DNA of 64,000 nucleotides from contig CM120642.1 of NCBI GenBank assembly GCA_051362555.1, positions 27,962,001 to 28,026,000 on the forward strand, in the 5' to 3' direction. The position numbers and the translations under genes are program-made. Below are positions 53,201 through 64,000 of this stretch, one piece after another. The DNA is from Lingula anatina (Eukaryota; Animalia; Brachiopoda). The stretch's first letter is position 1, and each line of letters begins with the position of its first letter. The notes under the pieces were generated by a model. It was not told the origin of the DNA. It did not search any database and worked only from the letters and a program-made list of their open reading frames with translations.

Positions 53201-54325
53201 GCGCTTTGTTTGTACATGACCATTTCGTCAACCAAAAGTGTAGAAGAAAAAATCATAGAAATCGATGGCAAACTCGATGAGGCCAAGGCTAGCGTAGAGC
53301 AGAAACAGGCAGAGCTGGAAGCTCTTCTTGTGGAGGAGCAAGACCTCTACTCAAAAATCAAGAATAACACCGTGTCTTTGTACAATCTCTTTAGTACCAC
53401 CGATAACACCATTGCAGACGACCCAAGTTGCCAGGACACCTTGTGCACATTCCTCCGTGACGCTGCCCAAATCCAGGTTATCGCCGATTTCCTTTCTACG
53501 TGGAATAATGATACCGTCACATCTGGGACTATTCTGGTCAGTCAGTTGGCTTTTATGGCAGCTCTCACCGAATCAAAGACGGAAATGATTGACCTATACA
53601 ACTCTGCCACAGTCACCACCAACGTTATAAATTGGGTGACCGACGGCCTGACACTAGACAGGATGCTTGAGAACGCAGTCACGCTGAATCTCGACGCCCG
53701 CATTCCGGACAAGTTTTCAGTTTTGACAGTAATCAAGGTTGCCTTTCCATCTCTCGAGAATTACGATGGAATTCCTCTCGGCTGTATTGGTGGTTCAATT
53801 ACTACACAGGCAGAACTTGAAGCATACCTGGTCGAAGCAGCTCCTATAACTGGCGATGTTGTTGATGACATCAAGACTGGTAAGCTCTTGGGAGTTTCCG
53901 TTGATACGATCGTTACGCTTATTCAAAACAAAGTGGCTTCTGGCGATCTCCCTGCAGACCCATGCAATGGTCAAGCTTGTACCAGAGAAGACGTGTTGAA
54001 GGTGATTGCCGCCGAATATCCAGACGAGACATCGTATGATGGCGAGGATTTGACAGCACATAGAAATAGCGCCTCTTGCACTAATGCAGAATCGGCTGCT
54101 CAAGCCGAAGCCCAGGCTCAAGCAGAAGCCCAGGCGCAAGCCGCAGCCCAGGCTCAAGCCGCAGCCCAAGCTCAAGCCGCAGCCCAAGCACTAGCTGCAG
54201 CCCAGGCTCAAGCCGCAGCCCAAGCACTAGCTGCAGCCCAAGCTGAAGCAATTGCCAAAGCCAAAGCCGCAATGGAAGCTATGCAAAAATCTTTGAAAAA
54301 AGCCTTTAGGATATCATTTGGATAA
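50242..54325 (+). CDS. Paralog 5: 897 aa prepro-protein with an Ala/Gln-rich C-terminal helical tail
   Basis: join(50242..50320,50591..50695,50863..50983,51498..52495,52935..54325) = 2694 nt. Tail of AQAQAA-type repeats followed by KAKAAMEAMQKSLKKAFRISFG*. Confidence 0.9.
54096..54247 (+). repeat. Coding 18 bp minisatellite (Ala/Gln hexapeptide) in paralog 5
   Basis: About 8 units of GCTCAAGCCGCAGCCCAG-like sequence encoding AQAAAQ/AQAEAQ/ALAAAQ. Confidence 0.93.
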
Positions 54326-56156
54326 TTTCTGCTGCTAATTTTATTTGATTAAATGAAGGAGGATTTGATTAAAAGCACTCCATTTGTAATAGATATGCGC
54401 AGTTTTCAAAATTGTTCATTTATGCTCTTGTTAAATTGTGCAAAGAGCTTTAATCCTAAACGATATGCCACTAATATACCAGAGAAATGATCACTGAAAC
54501 TGTACTTATTGGTACTGTTGCACTTTTATTGTTTTGTTATTGTATATGTTTAATTATAACATACAATGGGAAACATGTAAGTTACATGTACGTGTGCTTG
54601 GTAGAAGCACGCATATTGTCTTTCTTCAACTTATTTTTTAAAATACATATCTATTCTTCAAATAAGTCTTCGTTGTTTGGGGGTCAGTATAAAAATGGGA
54701 TTTTCCTTATGCAGAGTATAGTTCGCACACCCTCTTACAATCTCATCGGTATACACAACGTTTTAAAGCGGTGAAAAATTTTATTTTAAATGTTTTTTCT
54801 TCAACTGCGCAGCTTGGATCGAACAATGACACTGGTACATTTGTAAGTAAGTATGTGACAATTTTGCAGCAGAGCCCCTGTTCACGAAGCCGAAGCAAAG
54901 TTTAAACCGATCAGAACTAATTGGCGCCTTCAAGTTGTGAAATGGGGTTCTATTCATAACAAGCAGAGACGTTCTATTATTTGAAAGTGTCAGGGAAATG
55001 AACATCTTCGAAAATTACATGTAGGTCAACATAATCTGATTTATTTCAGTTTTGTTAGTCGCAAAAGTACCAGTTCATTTTACAAGATTACAGCCTTTAT
55101 TGACGATAAATATACTCCCCTACCAATAAAGCATCACCCCTTATGCAATACGAAAAATGATACAGAAAATCAAGCTATTACCCATAATTTATTCAACTTT
55201 AGATTGATATTTCACAAAAAGTTACTGATTGTACATCCAATTAATAAGCTAACCATACTAAAATAATCAGCCACGATGAGTAAGTAGGATGTTGTCTAAT
55301 CCTCTAAAACTACATGGTCAAAAATCTTTTTCACTAAGGAGACGCATCTTAAAATTATTCCCTTAGCAAAATATCAGACCTGCTGCACATATGTAGCGAA
55401 AATGCTACAATATTGCTGCAGTATTGCTGGAAACTGCAATTCTTTTTGGCAAATTTGCTGCAATATTGCTGCCAAAAAGCAGCAATAAATCATTTATTGC
55501 AAATTCCAGCAAACTTGTTTTCTCAAACTTTTAGTTTGCGGCAGATTTTTACACCACAGTAATCTGACACCAGTGCTTGCAACTTCACGTTTAGTAACGT
55601 CAGTGATTATAATTTATGAAGTAAACACTGATAGTCTGGGGGAAGTACTGTACCAGTATATGCAATTTCTTATTATTACTGAAAAAAAATTTATAATGTG
55701 TCTTATTTTAAGACAACAAAGAGACCCGCATCCTTCCACAAACGTAGTGCTCAAACGAGTGAACTCTAAGACAGGTGAGCGGATATGCGAAAGAAACTTC
55801 GAAAAAAAAAAAAAAAAAAAAAAACGAACAAAACACGAGGCGGACGCAATCAATACACTAGCCTGCAATCACTACTAAAGCATTCACTGATGCCACAGTC
55901 TGTCATACTAATATGCCAGTTACGCTACCTCATGACTTAAATCGAAAGCGTAGGGCTTGAATTTCTTGGGAGATATCCTTCTGCGGATAACGAATATTAG
56001 TAACGTATGCCCTAGTGCTTTCCATTCCTTGTCCTAGGACTTGTATTCGCAGGACTTGGACGTACGCTCCTGCCACAACGGTGGTATAAAAAGACCAAGG
56101 GCTTTGTTCCATTAAAAACCATCGGTCTAGGTAGAGTGGTATAAATAGCAGACTGA

Positions 56157-56366
56157 GGGCCTATTTTCATTAAAACTATCCGTCTCTATCCGATCGATTC
56201 AACACACTCCTTGTTTTCAACGTACTTGAATAATCACCAACTTTTTTAGTATTCTGCTCAACGCCAGGAGGAGACATGTTAAGCCGTGAAACTGATTGCA
56301 TTCAGCGAGAGTCCCCTGGAGTTGGATCAATCTAAGTAGACCGACGGCTTTAATGAAAATAGTCCC
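56157..56366. mobile_element. Harbinger-like MITE lying inside an older inverted repeat (~56025-56088 / ~56381-56440)
   Basis: TIR GGGCCTATTTTCATTAAA / TTTAATGAAAATAGTCCC, flanks TGA/TTA. Outer arms CCTAGGACTTGTATTC..CGGTGGTATAAA and their reverse complement. Confidence 0.75.
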
Positions 56367-58084
56367 TTATTAGCTTGTTATTTATACCACCGGTGCGACA
56401 GGAGCTCGCGTCCTGAGAATACAAGTCCTAGGGCAGGGAACTCAGGGAATTCAGTAAACAACAGATGTCATTTATGAATCATCAATTGCCACATCAATAA
56501 TTGTAAGTTTATTTTCACTTTTTCTATTGTAAACCTGGCAATTGTGTTTTAATTGAACAATAGGCAAAATTTGCGTCTTTTTTGTGTACGTCATGGACTC
56601 CGATAACTAGTGCGTCACCTCTATTTTTGATGAGGGTGTCTTGAAAGACTGAGTGACCTATGGTCATTTTCAATGGCGCTTTCGCTGGACTTTGTCCTAA
56701 TGTCCTTTAGGCACGACACATTATTTAAGCTATGCAGTTAAAGGGAAAACAATTGTTCACTTTGGTGGGAAAAGTGCAATAAAACGGATTTTAATGGGGT
56801 AAAAGACAATTTTCCCATACTTACCAATGATTAATGAATCCGCCCCGACTTTCAAAGTTAGTCCATTTTTTTTAAAGTTTGGTTTTTGTAATAATCTCTT
56901 AAGAGATTTTAACGGAGGATAGCCATCTGTGAAGGTTCACGTAGTCCAATGGCAAGCACAGATATCAGAGTAAATGCGATAACCGCCGTTTTGGTGGAAA
57001 ATGGGATTCACTATATTTCCTTGAGTTGTTTACAATTTATTTATCAGAGATATGAATCTTATACAAAGCGTTGTTATCCCTTCAACTGTCTATGGTTTTA
57101 TTTTGACGTATACTGTCTTTCTCAAGGCTTGATCAAAGTGATACTGTAGCAGCATTAATTACAGGATGTCAGGCAAACATAGGCCTATTCGCACGGATGC
57201 ATTTTGATTATTTTTAGAATGAGATTGATTTCATTAAATAAAGTCCACAAAATCTGGGGCACATTACTTGCAGAGACTTAATTGGTCTTTGTCAAAGTGA
57301 GATCTAGAGTATGATACGCAAACTTGAATTTGTATTTGATTTTAAACACAATAGTGAATTGATGTAAGATATGCACAAAGAAAACGGACAGGTAGTGTCG
57401 TGTTGTAGGGCATGGTTGAGATAGTGTGTTCATATTACTATTAAATGATATTAATTCTTTATGCAAAATAACTTGAGGACAAACAATTGTGGAGGGAAGG
57501 TAAAGAGTGACAGAGGAAAACGTTATTTTGCATCAACGTCTTTTTGTTATTAATTACTTTAGATATTCTCTTACTAAAAACAAACGAATATATTAATCAC
57601 AAATCAGAGATAAATTCCCATTTCAAAAAAAAAAAATTGCATTTTCTAAGTTGATCTGTTATAAATCGATATACACGTAATTCATGGGGCGAATTATTTA
57701 CAGTATATATGCTACTTCCTCAGATGCCTTCAAATTTATTTCAATACCATGCAGACATTGCACCAAAACCATTACCCTGTTCCATATTCATTGCTGGTAT
57801 TATATACAGAATAAATAAAAAAGGACAAAATATTTCTAAATAGTTGCATACATGAAAAATCAATGCTGAAAAGGTCATATCCCCATTTCCAAAATGGAAA
57901 TGGATTTCATATTATGTAAGGATAATATGTTTACAATATGTTTACACGTACGGTGACATACTTTTCCACTATCAAACAGTTGTTGGAAACACGTCAGGGC
58001 TGTTTGTTTTATTCCCATTTAGTAAGAACAGCATCATGCCATTTGGATATTAGAAAAAATATTTTTTCTGGACATTGGATTAAC

Positions 58085-58262
58085 CGGAAATTGTGTGATG
58101 CGCTAGGCTCAGTGGCACGATTGGTGTTCAAGGTAAACATTACGTGAGTAATGCCTCAATGCCCCAAAGAGTATAAAAGGACCAGCAACAACGATTGGCC
58201 AAATTAAAGAAGAGGACCTTGAATACTGAAGAATAGTGGATACCTTCACTTGGAGCATACAG
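58085..58262 (+). promoter_or_regulatory. Paralog-5-like promoter and exon 1 (distal promoter of paralog 6, or an orphan)
   Basis: CGGAAAT at 58085, TGAGTAA at 58145, TATAAAA at 58172, leader aligns with 49100-49175, donor CAG|GTACTG at 58263. Confidence 0.5.
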
Positions 58263-59156
58263 GTACTGTGGTATGCAGACATTTGTCTTTGTTTTGTTTT
58301 ATATGGCTAATTTAAGTGGTACCGTACCTGTATGAATACCTGTCTTTCAGATTCACTATGTGTCATTCAAATTCTATCCACTCGCGGTCGGTTAAAGAGT
58401 CTTCTTAAAGTTATCTCTGTAGTGCATTTTCGCTTTTGTATTCCACGAGAGACGCCCCAAAACTCGTGTTTGTATTAAAGTCGTGTTTGTTTTTTTATTT
58501 GGTACATCAAAGAATACCCGAATTCTAAAACAATACCGTATTAGAAAAATGAAATTCAAAACGCTGCCAATTTTAGCTATTTTCAGTTCTTGTAATCTCT
58601 TGAAAACGGTATTGCAGGATAGCCTGCACATGAAGTGGATCACTTCTAAGACCTGACTGGCGTTCGTTCGTTTTTAATTAAAAAAAATATTGAGGTTTAT
58701 TACAAGTCCATGCTCTTTCTCCACCTCATGGAAGAAATCGAATGCAATTTTTTGGGCCTTTTTAAAAAGTCTTTTGGTCTTTTAAATTTGATAAGTTGTC
58801 TTATTTATTTAGTTGTTGAGAACAAAAATGGTTCTGTTTCCAATAGCGTGTGTAAAAACAGTAACGGGGATGAAATGACTTCGCAGTCACGTAATATAAC
58901 CGTCTTTACTTTTTATCAACTAGCAAGCACCAACCTGAAATTATGAAAATACAGATTACAATAAATCGTTTCCAATTCGTAGTTGTCATGTCCCCAATAC
59001 CATTAACAGCAAGTCACTGTCAATATAAATAAGCACCTGTCAATCTTTCTGCACTAAAGTACAAAGGACAACGTTTTTATGCAATATAACAGATTATACT
59101 GCCTTGTCACCTACAGTACGTACCAGTGGGTGGTGTTGAGGCTGTGATTTAATTAA

Positions 59157-59394
59157 GGCCTAGGTCCCAACTACATTTTGGACGCACGGTTTTTTAGTTC
59201 CTTGCGTCCGGCTAGGACGTAGCTAGATCGCACGTAGCGGCTGTTGATCATGACGAAAAGTTACTACGTGCTGTTTGCGTCCTCCAAAAGTCGCACGATG
59301 GACGTGCTCCTCACGCACGAACTCCCAAGTTTTCCCCATTTTTTTGGCCGTCGACCACACGTAGCAGCCCGTACGTTCGGTTGGGACCTAGGCT
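59157..59394. mobile_element. Harbinger-like MITE
   Basis: TIR GCCTAGGTCCCAAC / GTTGGGACCTAGGC, flanks TAA/TTA. Confidence 0.75.
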
Positions 59395-60504
59395 TTACGT
59401 GGACTGACATCGGCCGATTTTGAGTCTTTAAGGAAGGCTACGCAAAATATATATAATATAGGCCGCTACGCTTTCATTACAGTATATTTACTGAACCATT
59501 CTCGGATACATCTTTTCTCTTTGATTTGTAGATGGGGGTATTGATAGTAAAGTATTTAGCGACATTCGAATATAAAGGTAATGACAACTAAAAAGTATTC
59601 ATATCGCGTAAACCTCCACCAAGGGGAGTCATTTCTCATTGCTATCATTTATTTATTCATTAAGTAAATATTTCATTGACTAAATTCTCATTACAATTAT
59701 TTAATAAATCAACCACCTCCAAAATCTTAAGCCATAGCTGACCTATTGTGAAAGGTTTATCCAAATCCCCCTATACCGGCAACTTCTTGCATAATGTTCC
59801 TAACAGACAAACAGGCTTTATCAATTATTAACTTGCTAGCTAATCTCTGGATCACAACTAAAGCCTGATTGTTTGTTTCTTGGGCTTTCCCAACAGTTTT
59901 GAAATTTTCATCAAAATTAACCCACAATTGTTTGCATAATGTTGCAATCAAAGAGACAAACATACAAATAATTAACCAAATAACCGTTAATGAATTAATG
60001 GACCACCACTAAAATACCAGTGACTGAAACTGTTTGTAGCTGCCGTTCCATAGAATGAAAATACGCCGCAGAATAGTCTAAAACAGTGTTTATTCTCTAG
60101 ACATCATAGTATACCAGAGGGTTCATTGGGACATCGTGGAATACTAAAAGCACTACAGATTACAGTAACATATGTAAAAAAAATGAATTTTATTAGCTGA
60201 CTACACGGTCATCGTACAGTGCATTCACGCACTACTCAAACACTGAAGGTGAGAAATAATCTGACGCTTTACCCACGATCTGACAGCAGTGTTCCGAGAC
60301 TAACTTGTCTGCTCTCTCTCTTTCTCACACAAACACCCTCCTATCATGGCAACTGCCCATGCGGGCACAGTGTAGTCACATGATTGATTGCCGTGACATG
60401 AACTTCAAGAATAAAGGTAGTTCATCTTCTCTTCGAGGTAGCGCACACGTTCCCGTCCACTGGAATTGGCAGAAATAAAAAGGGGCCACGAGTGTGAAAA
60501 AGAA

Positions 60505-60591
60505 CATAAATAGGACTGGAATTTGGATCAGGAAGAGAAGATTTTGGGAAGAGAGACCAGAGAAGAACAGAGTGTATTTATTTGGTGACAG
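60505..60591 (+). promoter_or_regulatory. Candidate proximal promoter and non-coding exon 1 of paralog 6
   Basis: CATAAATAGGAC TATA-like element near 60505, GA-rich leader, strong donor CAG|GTGAGT at 60592, about 240 nt upstream of the acceptor at 60832. Confidence 0.5.
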
Positions 60592-60598
60592 GTGAGTA

Positions 60599-60601
<3 letters not shown>

Positions 60602-60645
<44 letters not shown>
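60602..60645. repeat. (AT)n microsatellite
   Basis: 22 AT units just after the candidate exon 1 donor of paralog 6. Confidence 0.98.
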
Positions 60646-60647
<2 letters not shown>

Positions 60648-60837
60648 TTTTTAACAAAACTGTTAGAAAATCAAGTTATAGGCAAAGAAACACACTATGA
60701 ATGAAATCTCGGGTTGAATAACCACGTGTTATGCATATCCGTAATCTACATAAAATCAGTATGTATTTTGATATTTTAATTTAATTTTAGTATTTTAATT
60801 CAAAAACCTTTTATCTGCTCCTTTTTTAACAGCAATT

Positions 60838-63800
60838 ATGATCCGCCTATCAAAGAACGCCATGCAGCGCCTTTGGGCAGTGATGGCTGCTTTACTTTTG
60901 GTGCAAAACATTCATCCAGGTGGGTTGTGCAAAAAGTATTTCAACAGGCGCTATCTATCGTATAATCTACTTAACTCTTAAAATTAGACCTACTGTATTG
61001 TATTAGTAGCTGTAAATTATGAGGCGATATTAAGAATTTTTCTATCTGTCAGTGAACGTTCTTGGTGGTTGTTAAATTCGATAAGAATGCTTCATAGAAA
61101 AAGCAAAGTACCCCCACATTTCTTGCATGCGCCTTGATGCTATGTTGCAGTTAAAATTTAAAACGAAAATTGTGGGCGACGGATTTTTTTTACCTATCTT
61201 CAATTGCAGTTAGAGTTTCGGCCGCCCTAGTACAGCAGAAAGTTGTTGATAGTGAGGTGCAGCCATTGGAATATGAAGCAGCCGATGAATCCCACCATAA
61301 CATTGAGAAAAGATGTAATTTTTATCAGATAACTTCTACTTTTTCTAATCGTGTTTGTTTCTTTTAATCGAGTTTTTAATAAACCAGATAACTTGGGACA
61401 TAGGAAAAGTAAAAATGTTTCTACTCAAAATTAAATTGTGTGTAGTGTTGAACATAAGAAACTTTATCTTTACCGTTTCATTACACCATGTAACCGGGTT
61501 ATAAATAGGAACATCTGTATAGTATTTTTGGAAAGCTCTTTGTTTCAATTTTGAAAACATACAGAGATTTGCAAATTTCTTAAAACTGTTTTACTCCCGT
61601 GTGACTTGCATCAACTCTTCTCCCTTTCGCTGTTTATCCAATTTATTTTTACAGAATGACCCCACCTCATGTATATAGGCTAAGTTATTTTCACTCTGTA
61701 GTCTGTTTGCTAATTAATTTTGGTATGACTGGGTTTTTAGTCGACATATTATTTCCTTTTTACAGCAGTTGTAAAAGCGGGTCTTAAATTCGTGCTTGAC
61801 AATTTTTGGGACGATTTGCTGTGTCTCGGAGTTCAACTAGCGACCATGGCGAACTGCAACAGTTTGTCCCTCCAAGCTTGTGAAAGGTAAGTTTATACTT
61901 TGTTCCTATATTTGGAACATTTACAATATCTTGGTGCATGTCACACTCTTGAATGTTGGTACCAGATCTGTGCGTCATGTTCAATACTCAGCACATGTAT
62001 TTTGTGGTGATATCAAGGGAGTCCCAAACCTTGAGATAAACAAAACCAAATAAATCAGCCTTAAAATACACATCCAAATGAAATTATTCAAATTCCACTT
62101 CATCTTTTCTTACCGTCCCTATATTGATATTCAGGTAACTGAAGCGTAGATCTGGACACAAATGATATTTAAATATTGCTCAGGCAGGTTAAATTTTCTG
62201 AGCTCTAGACAGATCAGTGACCTCACAATACTAACTAACTTTTATATTTTTCCTCTTGTTAGAAACTTAAATATTTACGAAAATTCAATAAGCAATTGAT
62301 TTTTTAACAGAGTTAGGGCTATTAATGCTAAACGCACCACAGTTGCAACGTTGGTGAACGAGACACGGGAGACACAAGTCGAGTGGGCAACATTGAATTC
62401 CACCAACGAAAAGGCCATCATTAACCTACAGCTGATCGAGAAAGACTTGGAGCTGCTCACAGCAAGCAACCTTCGTCTCATGGGCATACTAAAGGCAATC
62501 AGCGCGGTCGTAGAAAGGGAGAATCTTTACGACTCGGCAACCGACAAGATCGCAGAGATTAGAATACGTTTTCAGATTGATATGGAAACCTACCTGAACG
62601 GAATCCAAGAAAAAATGGCAGCTGCAGGTTCCCAAATCGACTCTTCAGAACAGGGCGACCACTTAATGTTTGCCATCATGACAGCAATCCCGCTTGTAGC
62701 TTTGCACACCAGACACATTGTGACATCTGCCCGTCAAGCGGATCTCGCGAGAAGCCAATCCTATCAGGTAGTAGATATCGATAGTGACCAGGGCAGACTA
62801 ACACTTGCGTTTAACAGCCAAGGGGGACTCTACATCGTGCAGGAGTCATTAGAATTGGGCACAATGAAGGTCCTGCATTTAGTTAGTGGCCGCGCCAGTG
62901 TGGGTCGGCTTTGGAAGTACTTGACCACTCCTGGCCAGGCAGCCTTGGCCGCAGAGTTCCAGAATAGCGCTGACTTTGAAAGAGGGAAAATAATTGCATG
63001 GCTTCAGCAAAACGACCCCATTTACCTGCGCACACTGGAACAAATGGGCTACGTTCCTGCATTCCTGAGCAGGTCTGAAGGTCTTTCACCAGGAGACGTT
63101 GCTGACTTTGTCAGGAAAATAAAACGTTTAAACCAAGATAATTACTTCAAATTCGATACTGACACACCTCAAGGTGATCTTCCAAGACAGTTGAGACCAA
63201 GCGTAGACGTTCTGAACCGAAATGACCTTGCGGCGGTAAATGCATACGACAGGTTAAAGACTACGAATCATGACCTGCTTGACAAATTGAACAAAGCTGG
63301 CTCAACTGGTAAGGCTTAAAAGATTAGTTTGAAATATAATATGTACTTTCCCTGGTTTGTAGAATTTGTCAGGAACACTAATTTTTCAACGTGCATGTAT
63401 GTCACAAATTCACTTTATTAGATGCATATCCTAAAATTATAATACAAATTATAATAATTGTGGAAAAAATGGAAACTAAACAGACCTACATCATTTAAAC
63501 TTTGTATTTGTTCTTGATTTTAGGAAAGTTCATTGAAAACGCAAAAACTCTCACAGACGCAGAGTTCGACGACTATGTCGCAAAGGTTAAAGCGGCAGCC
63601 CCCGAGTTGCCGGACGGTAACCTGAAGCGCTTCGAATGGGACGTGCCTGCCAAAAAAGTGACATTCACGCAAGGAGTAAAAAATGGGTGGTCTTCTTTTA
63701 GAAATTTTGACTTGTTGAACTGGAGAGGACGTCAATTGAAGATAACCGATGTTCTTACTCTAGGGGCCATATTCAGTACAATGAACGCCGCACTCTGTTT

Positions 63801-64000
63801 ATATGTGATCGGTTCGTCAAGTGAGAGCGTAGAAGAAAATTTGGTGGAGCTTGAAACTAACTTAAACGAGGCACAAATAAACATTGTAGAGAAAAAAGGA
63901 GAACTAGATTCCCTTCTCATCGATGAGAAAGACCTCTTCGTAAAAATAAAAAGGAACACTGTGTCCCTATACAATCTCCTTGGAACCGACGATAACACCA
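60838..64000 (+). CDS. Paralog 6 (3'-partial, most divergent copy)
   Basis: join(60838..60919,61210..61314,61766..61886,62311..63308,63524..>64000). Same exon sizes, frame open to the window edge. Propeptide ends HNIEKR, mature start SVVKAGLKFVLDNFWDDLLC. Confidence 0.88.

Larger units (their letters stand above)
46640..58600 (+). repeat. Diverged duplicated upstream blocks: ~46640-47450, ~47820-49600 and ~56460-58600
   Basis: Shared colinear anchors such as GTCATT..AATCAT, GGGTGT(C/T)..AA..GAC, GCTTGATCA(A/C)A(G/A)TGA and GATTATTTTTAG. The second and third blocks continue through promoter, exon 1 and part of intron 1. Confidence 0.75.

Noticed and set aside
54096-54247. Regular short repeats as a CRISPR-like array (also 1927-2246 and 23156-24447)
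   Set aside because: No unique spacers; these are coding minisatellite or MITE subrepeats in a eukaryotic context.
55360-55560. TTGCTGC/GCAGCAA-rich stretch resembling a MITE
   Set aside because: Could not define matching termini or a TSD.

Overview
AT-rich eukaryotic DNA, most likely from an invertebrate animal (GT-AG introns, eukaryotic initiator tRNA, Tc1 and Harbinger-type elements); I cannot name the species. The window is dominated by a tandem array of six same-strand paralogous genes; the sixth runs off the right edge. The ORF track shows each gene as two long ORFs, but each is a single gene: a non-coding first exon plus five coding exons of 79/82, 105, 121, 998 and >=1148 nt with conserved phases, giving 817-897 aa proteins. 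I do not recognise the family. Each protein has: a signal peptide; an acidic propeptide on its own exon ending in KR; an amphipathic mature N-terminus (SILGAGLKFIFKNFW-like); a coiled coil; hydrophobic segment 1; a ~270 aa domain with no Cys and no N-glycosylation sequons; hydrophobic segment 2; a second coiled coil; and a Cys-containing C-terminal two-fold repeat. The tails differ: none in copies 1-3, GPI-signal-like in copy 4, an Ala/Gln repeat in copy 5. My best hypothesis (inference only) is a family of processed, membrane-inserting effectors (pore-forming or toxin/immune-like). Copies show patchwork gene conversion. Intergenic DNA holds a tRNA-iMet, decayed Tc1 elements, a 5.1 kb Chapaev-like element, several MITEs and segmental duplications.
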